64,000 nucleotides of DNA, taken from assembly GCA_965113315.1 (NCBI GenBank), contig OZ220373.1; one strand, 5' to 3'. The position numbers and the translations under genes are program-made. Source of the stretch: Podarcis vaucheri. Taxonomy: Eukaryota. The notes under the pieces are model-generated. The model worked only from the letters and a program-made list of their open reading frames with translations. It did no database searches and was not told the DNA's origin. Positions 13,236 to 24,481 of the stretch are shown piece after piece (positions within the stretch are counted from its first letter, which is position 1; each line of letters starts with the position of its first letter).

Positions 13236-13476
13236 CAGTGGTACCTCGGGTTAAGTACTTAATTCGTTCCGGAGATCCGTTCTTAACCTGAAACTGTTCT
13301 TAACCTGAAGACCACTTTAGCTAATGGGGCCTCCTGCTGCCGCCGTGCCACCGGAGCATGATTTCTGTTCTCATCCTGAAGCAAAGTTCTTAACCTGAAG
13401 CACTATTTCTGGGTTAGCGGAGTCTGTAACTTGAAGTGTATGTAACCTGAGGCGTATATAACCCAAGGTACCACTG
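13236..13476 (+). mobile_element. Tc1/mariner (Tigger/pogo-like) MITE
   Basis: TIR CAGTGGTACCT...AGGTACCACTG; 5' TA target site. Confidence 0.88.
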
Positions 13477-14198
13477 ATTATTTTTTTTAAGTATATGGGG
13501 GAAGGGTAAATAATCATATAAACTGCTGTCAGCATTGAAGTTTTCAGCAGTAACCATGTACGATGAAACTATATTTGCCATAAAGCAGGCTAAGTAATGT
13601 GCTTGAAGAAAAAAATCAAAGTAGATTTTGCCATAGGCTGCAGACTTGAAAGCTTGCAAACTCTTACCTGAAAAACATGGTTGCAGTGAAATAGATCACT
13701 TTTCTTGTTCATCCCAAAGAATGTAAGCTACAGAACATGACAACAGTGGTCTACTTTAAAATAATATAAATTGCAAAACTGATAGCTATTCCCCCCAAAG
13801 CCTAATAACTTTCATGTAATAATTCAAATTTGATAAGTGTTGAGTTGGAAACTGTCAAATAGGCTGCATATTTTAACAAATGGATCATAGCTTCCTTTTC
13901 AATCAGATCCACAAAAGATACGGTTATGAATTAAACTAAAATAAGAGAATGTCAGAGAATGTCAGCCTAGCCATAGATCAGCGTTTCATTTTTCATAAAT
14001 GACTCAGCTGGTAGCTATGGCAACTTCTCACTCGTATCATCACCATGTTAGCTGTGGCCTAGTTCTCACTGAGGCAGGAAATATTTGCCTGGGCAGTGTC
14101 ACTTCAGACTGCAGGTGAGCTCTCACACAACTGCATGTTACCCCACATGAAGACCCCCCCCCCGTCACTGTTTACAGCCCCCAGCCAAATCATGTATA

Positions 14199-14440
14199 CA
14201 GTGGTACCTCGGGTTACATACGCTTCAGGTTACATACGCTTCAGGTTACACACTCCACTAACCCAGAAATAGTGCTTCAGGTTAAGAACTTTGCTTCAGG
14301 ATAAGAACAGAAATCGGGCTCCGGCGGCGCGGTAGCAGCAGGAGGCCCCATTAGCTAAAGTGGTGCTTCAGGTTAAGAACAGTTTCAGGTTAAGAACGGA
14401 CCTCCGGAACGAATTAAGTACTTAACCCGAGGTACCACTG
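14199..14440 (-). mobile_element. Tigger-like MITE, same family, inverted
   Basis: TIR CAGTGGTACCTCGGGTTA; TA TSD on both sides. Confidence 0.9.
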
Positions 14441-14477
14441 TATATATTACTGTAACTCAGGATGCCACATTTGACAT

Positions 14478-14552
14478 CTGAGACGAAGTAGACTCTCCAG
14501 TCCATGAAAGTTTATGCCATAATATATTAGTTATGCTTTAAGTTGACACAAG
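14478..14552 (+). mobile_element. Penelope-like terminal remnant
   Basis: CTGA..CGAAGTAGACT-CTCC-AGTCCATGAAAGTTTATGCCATAAT...TTAGT..TTTAAG. A similar remnant lies at about 31693-31742. Confidence 0.5.
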
Positions 14553-15767
14553 TTTCAGTGGCTACATACACACCATATGTTTAAAGCATATCATTACTCT
14601 CAAAGAATCATGGGAACTTTAGTTTGTTAATGGTTCTGGGAATCGTGGCTCTGAGGGATAAACTACAGTTCTCAGGATTCTTGGGGAGGGGAGCCATTTG
14701 CCTTAAATATATGTTGCGTATGTAGGATAGGCACTGGCTTCAAGGGGCCAAGGCTCTTTGGGGCCCTTCAACCTTTTTTTGAGGCGGTTGGGGTCGTCCC
14801 CCCATTGTTCAGGCTGGGCGCAGAGCTGGGTGTAGAGCGATTTCAGGACATCGTACAACATCAGGACATTGTGTTGGGCCCCATCAATGTTCTTCCGAAT
14901 GTGGCGCCTCCGGTATGTAGCCTTTGTTGGTTTTCTGTGAAATCGACTAACATGGCTGCCCCTCTGAAAATTCTCACGTAAAAAGGATTCCTTGATGCAG
15001 AAAATTGCCAGCATGTGATATTCAGTCAAGTTCCCCTAACTCAGCCTTTTTCAGTCTTTGGGCTCCATATACTGTTAAACTACAGCTCCTAATAATCCAT
15101 GCCCCTTGCCTAAGTTGGCTGGGGTTGATGAGTCCAACAACTGAGGACTCAAGGTCAAAGATGGCTGCTCTAACAAGTCATAACCTTTTCTGCAATAAAC
15201 TGTACGCGACACAGTTTGAGAACTTGTGGAACTGTTGCATTCTGTACTACGGTTTGCATAGGCATGAGATGCTTTGGTGACCTCTCTCCGAATGAATGAT
15301 TTATTGTTTTGCAAGCCACATTGTGTCTTTGACAGAATAGCTGCTTCCTCCTAAAGGAGGAATAACATTTTCCTGTCTTGCTAAAGATCTGAATTTGTGC
15401 AACTTGTCTGACTTCAGTGTAGAAACCACAAGCAAACTTGGGTCACGAAGCGTGCAAATTCCAGCAGATATTCTGGATCAAGGTTGCTTGAGTTCAGCAT
15501 CCAATCATTCTCTGCTGTTGGTCAGCCTCATTCCTGGCTAAAAAACCTTCAATTTACTAGAAACTTTTTCCTTCAATACCTGTTTTATTCTACAACATTG
15601 GACGCAGATGAAACTCCCTAGACCAGGGGTAGCCATTGTTGCATTGTGGACTCCAAATCCTACTAGCCTGGAACCTCAGCCATGTTGGCTGTGATGGAAG
15701 GTTGTGGAGTCCAACACCAATATCGGCTGCCTGTGTCCTAGATGCATCTTCGCTTGTTGACAGAAGA

Positions 15768-16063
15768 ATAATAGAATCATAGAATTATGGAGCTGGAAGG
15801 GACACTAGGGGTCATCTAATCCAACCTCTTGCAGTACAGGAATCTCAGCTAAAGCATCCGTGATAGATGGCCATCTAGCCTCTGCTTAAAACCCTAAAAG
15901 GAGGAAGAGTCCACAACCTCCTAGAGGAGACCATTCGACTATTCAACAAGTCTTACTGTCAGAAAGTTTTTCCTGATGTTTAGTCAGAATCTCCTTTCTT
16001 GTAACTTGAAGCCAAGAAAGGCGAATTCCAAGTAAATATCAGGAAACACTTTCTGACAGTAAG
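15768..16063 (-). mobile_element. CR1 3' fragment with a terminal fold-back
   Basis: ATAGAATCATAGAAT tail; body homologous to 5650-5795 and 6585-6683. Confidence 0.85.
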
Positions 16064-16222
16064 TAGTGAATGGTGAACAGGCTTCATATTCATATTTGTC
16101 AATTTCCATTTAGGGTCAAAATATTTCAAGATGGAGAAGGATAAGAATGTTATAGTGAATTGTACCATCTTCTGCTGAATACTACACCACCCTGGTTGAT
16201 ACAATAGGATTCCTGGAAATTA

Positions 16223-16451
16223 CAGTGGTACCTCTGGTTAAGTACTTAATTCGTTCCGGAGGTCCGTTCTTAACCTGAAACTGTTCTTAACCTGAGGTAC
16301 CACATTAGCTAATGGAGCCTCCTGCTGCTGCCGCCGCGCCGCCAGAGCATGACTTCTGTTCTCATCCTGAAGCAAAGTTCTTAACCTGAGTTACTATTTC
16401 TAGGTTAGCGGAGTCTGTAACCTGAAGTGTATGTAACCCGAGGTACCACTG
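16223..16451 (+). mobile_element. Tigger-like MITE
   Basis: Same TIRs; TA TSD. Confidence 0.9.
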
Positions 16452-16607
16452 TATTGCTACTTTCTCTGTAGAACATATCAAGCTAATGCAACCTGCTGGC
16501 TTTGCCTTTCGCCCTGGTGACTGAACAGTTTCTCTGTTTCACAAGAGAAATTGGGGCTGTACTCTGGATTTAGGTAGAAAAGACTTTTAAAATATGTCCA
16601 TCCAAAA

Positions 16608-16861
16608 CAGGGGTAAGCAACCTAAGGCCCAGGGGCCGGATGCGGCCCAATCACCTTCTCAACGCGGCCCATGGACGGTCCAGGAATCAGCGTGTTTTTA
16701 CAAGAGTAGAATGTGTGCTTTTGTTTAAAATGCATCTCTGGGTTATTTGTGGGGCATAGGAATTCATTCATCCCCCCCCCAAAGAAATATAGTTTGGTCT
16801 ACCACATGGTCTGAGGGATGGTGGACCGGCCCACGGCTGAAAAAAAGGTTGCTGACCCCTG
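16608..16861. mobile_element. hAT MITE
   Basis: TIR CAGGGGTAAGCAACCT / AGGTTGCTGACCCCTG; perfect 8-bp TSD ATCCAAAA. Confidence 0.9.
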
Positions 16862-17181
16862 ATCCAAAATGATCAGAGGCCATAAGCATATATTAAGTGA
16901 CAACAGGGGGCAGCAAGGCACTTGTTTTTTGCTGAAGGATTAACAGTATATCAGGTGAAGCTGGAATGAAACCATCTTGCATGAATGAATTGGGCTTTTA
17001 AAATAAAAAAGTAAATAAAAAGTGGAAGTAAACAGTTTGAATCCTAAGTGACAAGATAAATGGTGCTGTGTGACTGCAGCTGAATTCTAAAGTTTGGAGA
17101 CCGTGGTTTAAAATGTCTGGGTGAATCTCCTACCCAGAACTGGAGGATTTTGTTCATTCATTTATTAAAAATATTTGTGTA

Positions 17182-17435
17182 CAGTGGTACCTCTGGTTAC
17201 GTACTTAATTCGTTCTGGAGGTCCGTTCTTAACCTGAAACTGTTCTTAACCTGAAGCACCAATTTAGCTAATGGGGCCTGCTGCTGCTGCTGCTGCTGCT
17301 GCTGCGCCGCCGGAGCACGATTTCTGTTCTCATCCTGAAACAAAGTTCTTAACCCGAGGTACTATTTCTAGGTTAGCGGAGTCTGTAACCTGAAGCGTAT
17401 GTAACCTGAAGCGTATGTAACCCAAAGTACCACTG
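17182..17435 (+). mobile_element. Tigger-like MITE with an expanded (CTG)n tract
   Basis: Same TIRs; TA TSD; about nine CTG units at 17278-17304. Confidence 0.9.
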
Positions 17436-17705
17436 TACTACCTTCCACATCAAAGAAATGGCAAAGTGGATTACAGAATAATAAAACAACATTCATCACA
17501 CAGCAAATAAAAAAGGCGTAGCATAACAATAAACAGAAGAATAGTAGAGTGAAAATAATAACCATATTACATATTGCTGCTATTCTAAAGGCTGTTTTGT
17601 TGGTTCTGTGGTATCTTTTGACAGGGAAGCATATTTAACAAATAGCGTTAGAGTGTACAAAATAAAGGAAATTTTATTTTGGAACTTCTCTAAGCAGCAT
17701 GCAAA

Positions 17706-17724
17706 CAGCCAGCAGATGGCACCA
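17706..17724 (+). promoter_or_regulatory. Predicted CTCF site
   Basis: CAGCCAGCAGATGGCACCA; the core matches CCASYAGRKGGCRS exactly. Motif match only. Confidence 0.55.
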
Positions 17725-18489
17725 GAATCCATTATTTCGCTTTAATTAGCAACTTCCCAGTTTTGTCTGGCAGGGAAGATTTGCATTCTGTTACTGAAGG
17801 TTATTTTTATTTCACTTCCCTTTTGGCGCTTCTGATTAACAGTGGTGCCACACTATTAGCATAATCTTTAATGTCCCGTGAATTTATGCATCCATGTCCC
17901 TCCTACTACTGTTGAGTAGGAGGCTGATTTCTAACGGCACAGCCCTTAGTAATAATATTCCTGCTTCTGCATTGGCTGGAGAACCCAATAGTCAGGGTCA
18001 CTAACAAAAAGAGGCTGCCTTTATGGTAGGTAATATTTCCTAGTAGTACACAGAAGAAAACTGAAAGAAATGGCTAGCGGCAGGGCTGACGGTAAATAAA
18101 TGACTCACGGATTCAGGGGACAAAGGGGACATTTCAGCACAGCTGCCTCTAATGCCGTCCTGTAATGCACAGATAAGGTTCCAGGACAGTTGCATTGTGA
18201 TCAGCACATACTATTCTGAAATACCTTTTTTGCTAGTATAACATGTTGAGGATCCGCCACTGTTTGATTGCCTCTTTATCCTAGAAGTGACTGGATCCCT
18301 GGAGACTGTACTGAAGCTGATTACTAGTACCCAGTCCCTTAAAGTTCAAAACACTCCAGCATCAGAAAGCTGATTCCCTTGGTTCCACTACAGAAGCTCA
18401 GGTGTTCCTCAGTAGAGACATTATTTTGGAAAGCCTTCTCTGCCCAAAGAAACTCAAAAGTACTGGTCTAGTGTAACAGGATGCTTTTT

Positions 18490-18550
18490 CTTCCTCCTCC
18501 TCTTCTTCTTCTTCTTCTTCTTCTTCTTCTTCTTCTTCTTCTTCTTCTTC
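18490..18550. repeat. (CTT)n microsatellite
   Basis: Direct reading. Confidence 0.95.
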
Positions 18551-19307
18551 TAAAGGATCTTCCATATCAAACTACTTAAAAGTGTAATTTAAACGGAAAG
18601 GTTGTGTGAAGGTGGGGGAAATCCTTCTCAGCAGATAAGTCTGGTCTTGTTAATATTATTGTATACTGGATGTTCCTGAGAAGGGACAATTAGAATACCC
18701 AACAAAGCAATTGACATGTTATAGGCAGCATCCATAAGACGCAATATTACCTGTCCATCTCAGTTTGCAGGAAAATGCCTTACTGATGAGCATGAAAGCA
18801 ATTCATCTGTCAAGAGAAACCATAGCCTTGGAAAACAATTATATGGAGAATGGCAGTGAATAAAACAGGAACATATATCAGCCAAAAGACATCACCATCA
18901 GGCCCTTGTTAAGTGAACTTGCACATACCATGTTGGGAAGTTTGCCAGGCCCAAAATAGCAAATAATTGCCCTTCCCTTTCTGCACCATGGAAACTGGTG
19001 AAACATGAGACTTGACAGGATTAAGCCAAAAGGAATACAGTTCATGTGACATCTTTCTTTTTAAACCCAATCCAATCCTTTTGGGTTCTTCCCTCAGTAA
19101 GGTTCATAGGCTGCTGTCTTATATGCAGAGAGACTGAGAGTAAAGCTTATGAACTGGATAGGACTTCCTTCTGTTTAGACACGAGTAGGATTGTGCTGTT
19201 AATCATACATCTGATATGAATGGATGAGTCTGGAAGATATGCAGTCAAAGCCCCAGCTGCAATTCATGAACCAATGAAGATGGGGCACTTTGATTTGTCC
19301 TCTAAAA

Positions 19308-19524
19308 AGAGCAAGTGTGGCACAGTGTAAACAGTTGGGAGACTAGGATTCGAATCCCCACTCAGCCACAAATCTCACTGGGTGACCTTGGACCAGTCAT
19401 AGTCCCTCAGCCTGAGCTACCTCACAGGGCTGCTTTGAGGATAAAATGGGGAGGAAAGAGCCACATACAGCACCCAGAGCTCCTTGGAGGGAAAAGTGGT
19501 ATATAAATGTGCTAAATAAATAAA
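19308..19524 (+). mobile_element. MIR-related CORE-SINE (Squam3-like)
   Basis: B box GATTCGAATCCC, CORE-like GTGACCTTGG...CTCAGCCT, CCTCACAGGG...TGAGGATAAAAT segment, (TAAA)n tail. Weaker copies at about 40705-40890 (+) and 45005-45145 (-). Confidence 0.75.
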
Positions 19525-19564
19525 CAAACCAAGATACAGCATTAATTGCACATAAGCAGCTACC

Positions 19565-19877
19565 GACTGGAAAGCTCAGGGACCAAGAAGACAAGAAATT
19601 CAAGAAAGAATGGGGAAAGTTTATAATTTATCTAGGAGACGATTGTAAGCAGGTGAAAACATTAGCAGGATTTTAACCTCACTTGTAATGTAACAAACAC
19701 TATGGACAATATGGATTGATATAAAATATAGATTATGAAATAATATGCAGTTGAAAATGTTGACAATAGGACCCATGGAGTGGGTGGGGAGAAATCTCAA
19801 GATTCAGAGTAATCTCTTTATATGGATGCGCATTTGGTATGGTGTTAAATTTATATTTGTAAAATCAAATAAAAAAG

Positions 19878-19930
<53 letters not shown>
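19565..19930 (+). mobile_element. Probable L1/Tx1-type LINE 3' end followed by (AT)n
   Basis: KEWGKFIIYL-like ORF end, AT-rich UTR, AATAAA plus A-run, (AT)n at 19885-19930. Confidence 0.45.
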
Positions 19931-19934
<4 letters not shown>

Positions 19935-20303
19935 GCACATAAGCAACTAACATGCAGTATCACCATCGTTTAAATACTTGTTGTGGATTGGGAGGGGGCC
20001 ACAGAATTGGGTGTGCAGCATGTGGAGAAGGCTTCCAACAAAAAGCATTCATCTAATGAGTCCTACCTCTCCTTTGCAATATTTACCAATGTGCTACATT
20101 GCAGGGTTGCAGCTACTTTCTCAAACCGACGGACTTCCCACTGCCAGAGAATTCCTATGTGTGTTCCATCTGTCACCCACCTGTGCCAAGTAGATGAAAT
20201 GTAGCCGCGCTTGAAATCCTAGAAGGAAGCAAACCGTCCTTCCTGGTTCATCCTGCCTTGGCAACTGAAACAAGATACATAACAGCAGAAAACCAGAGAA
20301 AAT

Positions 20304-20306
<3 letters not shown>

Positions 20307-20336
<30 letters not shown>
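20307..20336. repeat. (AC)n microsatellite
   Basis: Direct reading. Confidence 0.95.
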
Positions 20337-20338
<2 letters not shown>

Positions 20339-20589
20339 TCAAGGCAATGTACAAATAAATAATAATAAAATAACAGGAGCAGCAGCATCAACATTCAATT
20401 TCAAATATAAACCAAAAATATCAGTCAACCAATCAGTTTATTACGATCATAGACCAGAAGTACCCCCCCAAAAAAAATCTACACCTGTTAAAATTATGTC
20501 TTATAGATCAACATCATTACTCAGTTAAGAGTGGACTGAAGCATCCAAGCATTTAAAGCCTTAAAAGAAAAGTCCATAAGAATGAGCAT

Positions 20590-21014
20590 CACTGAAAAAG
20601 CCCTGTTTCTTGTGCCCACCAGTCTGATGAACCTTACCTACAGGTCCTTGAAAATTGTCTCCATCGGAGCTATTTTTCTAGCTGGAAAAAAAAGCCCTGG
20701 TCTCCATCATAGGCCCCAGGCAGATTCATACAGGTGCCATTTAGGGCCTTACATGTAATTAGCTGCATTTTAAATTGGTGCCTGAAATGCACCAGGATCA
20801 GAATTGGTGCTATATGTTCACAAGCAACCAAGGAGCCGCTTGCTACACCAGCTGAAGCTTTCAGGCAGTCTTGAAGGGCAGTCCCACACAGAGTGTGGTA
20901 CAAGGAGTCTCATCTGGATGTAGCCAGGGCTTGAGTGACTGTTGCAAGGTCTATTTTCTGTTGACATGAATGCTGATAAGCAAACCAGCTGATAAAAGGC
21001 ACTCCTGGCAACTG
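20590..21014 (-). mobile_element. Old L2 LINE fragment
   Basis: Degraded QFKMQLITCKALNG, homologous to QFKVLVLTFKALNG in the younger L2 copies. Confidence 0.55.
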
Positions 21015-21284
21015 TTCCTTGATAGACAGTACTGTAACTTTTTAAAACTATTTTTAAGAATTCCTGGCAAATGCAACTGCATAGAGAAAACAAGGCAAGG
21101 TTTACAAAGAGAAAGTTGGAAGAAATAAAGTAATTATTTGGTTACAATAACCCAACACTGTCAGTTTGATGAAAAGCTTCCATATTTTGATTCTTGAGGA
21201 CAGAGCAAGTCAGTGTCATGAAAGAAAACCACAATCAGGCAAAAAGTGAAAATTGAATTGCAGTTTTAAATGGGAATACAGTGG

Positions 21285-22798
21285 AGAGTGAAGTCAAATG
21301 GGCCTTAGAAAGCACTGCAAATAACAAGGCCAGTGGAAGTGATGGTATTCCAGCTGAACTGTTTAAAATTTTAAAAGATGATGCTGTTAAGGTGCTACAC
21401 TCAATATGCCAGCAAGTTTGGAAAACTCAGCAGTGGCCAGAGGATTGGAGAAGATCAGTCTACATCCCAATCCCAAAAAAAGGCAGTGCCAAAGAATGCT
21501 CCAACTACCGCACAATTGCACTCATTTCACACGCTAGCAAGGTTATGCTTAAAATTCTACAAGGCAGGCTCAAGCAGTATGTGGACCGAGAACTCCCAGA
21601 AGTGCAAGCTGGATTTCGAAGGGGCAGAGGAACCAGAGACCAAATTGCAAACATGCGCTGGATTATGGAGAAAGCTAGAGAGTTCCAGAAAGACATCTAC
21701 TTCTGCTTCATTGACTATGCAAAAGCCTTTGACTGTGTTGACCACAGCAAACTATGGCAAGTTCTTAAAGAAATGGGAGTGCCTGATCACCTCATCTGTC
21801 TCCTGAGAAATCTCTATGTGGGACAAGAAGCTACAGTTAGAACTGGATATGGAACAACTGATTGGTTCCAAATTGGGAAAGGAGTACGGCAAGGCTGTAT
21901 ATTGTCTCCCTGCTTATTTAACTTATATGCAGAATTCATCATGCGAAAGGCTGGGCTGGATGAATCCCAAACCGGAATTAAGATTGCCGGAAGAAATATC
22001 AACAACCTCAGATATGCAGATGACACAACCTTGATGGCAGAAAGTGAAGAGGAATTAAAGAACCTTTTAATGAGGGTGAAAGAGGAGAGCGCAAAATATG
22101 GTCTGAAGCTCAACATCAAAAAAACGAAGATCATGGCCACTGGGCCCATCACCTCCTGGCAAATAGAAGGGGAAGAAATGGAGGCAGTGAGAGATTTTAC
22201 TTTCTTGGGCTCCATGATCAGTGCAGATGGTGACAGCTGGTCACGAAATTAAAAGACGCCTGCTCCTTGGGAGAAAGGCGATGGCAAACCTAGACAACAT
22301 CTTAAAAAGCAGAGACATCACCTTGCCAACAAAGGTCCGTATAGTAAAAGCCATGGTTTTCCCAGTAGTGATGTATGGAAGTGAGAGCTGGACCATCAAG
22401 AAGGCTGATCGCCAAAGAATTGATGCTTTTGAATTATGGTGCTGGAGGAGACTCTTGAGAGTCCCATGGACTGCAAGAAGATCAAACCTCTCCATTCTGA
22501 AGGAAATCAGCCCTGAGCGCTCACTGGAAGGACAGATCGTGAAGCTGAGGCTCCAATACTTTGGCCACCTCATGAGAAGAGAAGACTCCCTGGAAAAGAC
22601 CCTGATGTTGGGAAAGATGGAGGGCACAAGGAGAAGGGGACGACAGAGAATGAGATGGTTGGATGGTGTTCTTGAAGCTACCAGCATGAGTTTGATCAAA
22701 CTGCGGGAGGCAGTGGAGGACAGAGGTGCCTGGTGTGCTCTGGTCCATGGGGTCACGAAGAGTCGGACACGACTAAACGACTAAACAACAACAACAAC
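21285..22798 (+). mobile_element. RTE-BovB LINE, 5'-truncated; RT domain with one frameshift near 22238
   Basis: RT motifs NYRTIAL, QAGFR, FIDYAKAFD, GVRQGCILSP and LRYADD (YADD at 22013-22024); C-terminus GVTKSRTRLND*; (CAA)n tail; 7-bp TSD ACAGTGG. Confidence 0.95.
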
Positions 22799-22799
22799 A

Positions 22800-23016
22800 C
22801 AGTGGTACCTCAGGTTAAGTATTTAATTCGTTCCGGAGGTCCGTTCTTAACCTGAAACTGTTCTTAACCTGAAGCACCACTTTAGCTAATGGGACCTTCT
22901 ACTGCCACCGTGCTGCCGGAGCCCGATTTCTGTTCTTATCCTGAAGCAAAGTTCTTAACCTGAAGCACTATTTCTGGGTGTGTAACCTGAAGCGTATGTA
23001 ACCCGAGGTACCACTG
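22800..23016 (+). mobile_element. Tigger-like MITE whose left TIR was the BovB target
   Basis: TIRs as in other copies; original TA plus CAGTGG displaced to 21277-21284; right TA at 23017-23018. Confidence 0.9.
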
Positions 23017-23714
23017 TATGTTTTCTAAAGTCTGCTTTTATGACCTTTTTTCACAAGGGGGTGCTAAAGCCTACTAGATGTCTTATAAAAGCATTATCAT
23101 TTTCTGATATTTCATTTTTTTTAAAAAAAAAATCCCCTTTTTAATCAGCCTCTGGCTTTTTGAGAGGCAAGCCAAGCATATTTCACCAGACTGTTGATGA
23201 TTCAGAGGAGAGCTATGGCATGACTCATCGCTTCTGAAATCACAGCCTAAGGGAGGGGGAGCAACTGGCTTTTAAAATCACCCCATGGAGAAGCAACAAT
23301 TCCTGCTTTTGCTGACGGGAAAACCAAGCATTGAATTGAATAAAGTAAGTGAGCTAGGTCAGGATACTCGCAACTGGAATCTCTGCCACCGGATGATTTT
23401 CTGTATTTTAGAAAACAAAACAAAACAGCCAATTCACTCTATGAGATTAAAGGCCTGGAAAAAGGGAGGAGTAGAAGAATACTGTTGAAGAATACTACAG
23501 AAGCTAGATTTGAGGCTCAGTTACTTGAAGGTTAAAAGAAAGAAGAAGAGCCAGCAAACCTTTCTTCTGCTAATTCTTCAGAGGGGGCTGGGATGTCACA
23601 AACATTGTCAATTTGCCACATGCTTGCTGATTCATCTTTTGCAGGAACCGAATGCTGTTTATGAAAAGGCAATTGTTCTGTAATGTAAAGGTATACCCTC
23701 CAACATTTAACTGG

Positions 23715-24056
23715 TCTTGAGAGTCCCACAGACTGCAAGAAGATCAAACCTATCCATTCTGAAGGAAATCAGCCCTGAGTGCTCACTGGAAGGACAGATC
23801 GTGAAGCTGAGACTCCAATACTTTGGCCACCTCATGAGAAGAGAAGACTCCCTGGAAAAGACCCTGATGTTGGGAAAGATGGAGGGCACAAGGAGAAGGG
23901 GACGACAGAGGACGAGATGGTTGGATAGTGTTCTCAAAGCTACCAGTATGAGTTTGACTAAACTGTGGGAGGCAGTGGAAGACGGAAGTGCCTGGCGTGT
24001 TCTGGTCCATGGGGTCACAAAGAGTTGGACACGACTAAACGACTAAACAACAACAA
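23715..24056 (+). mobile_element. RTE-BovB 3' fragment
   Basis: Highly similar to 22453-22798; (CAA)n tail. Confidence 0.93.
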
Positions 24057-24140
24057 AATTATTATTATATTTATACCCCCACCCATCTGACTGGGTTTCC
24101 CCAGCCACTCTGGGCAGCTTCCAACAAATATAGAAACATT

Positions 24141-24481
24141 AAAGGTAAAGGTAAAGGTACCCCTGCCCGTACGGGCCAGTCTTGCCAGACTCTAGGGTTG
24201 TGCGCTCATCTCACTCTATAGGCTGGGAGCCAGCGCTGTCCGCAGACACTTCCGGGTCACGTGGCCAGCGTGACGAAGCTACACAGAAACGCTGTTTACC
24301 TTCCCGCTAGTAAGCGGTCCCTATTTATCTACTTGCACCCGGGGGTGCTTTCAAACTGCTAGGTTGGCAGGCGCTGGGACGAGCAACGGGAGCACACCCC
24401 GTCACGGGGATTCGAACCGCCGACCATGCGATCAGCAAGTCCTAGGCGCTGAGGTTTTACCCACAGCGCCACCCGCGTCCC
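24141..24481 (-). mobile_element. Sauria SINE, full length
   Basis: Minus strand has a GGGACGCGGGTGGCGCTGTGGG head, a B box GGTTCGAATCCC and an (ACCTTT)n tail. Confidence 0.92.

Noticed and set aside
13236-17435. CRISPR-like array from recurring TTAACCTGAA motifs
   Set aside because: The motifs are internal to dispersed MITE copies; there are no regular spacers or cas genes, and the DNA is vertebrate.
21281-22784. Functional reverse-transcriptase gene, retron-like system or autonomous LINE
   Set aside because: It is a 5'-truncated BovB with no endonuclease domain or promoter; the listed start is a GTG inside the TSD; it is frameshifted.
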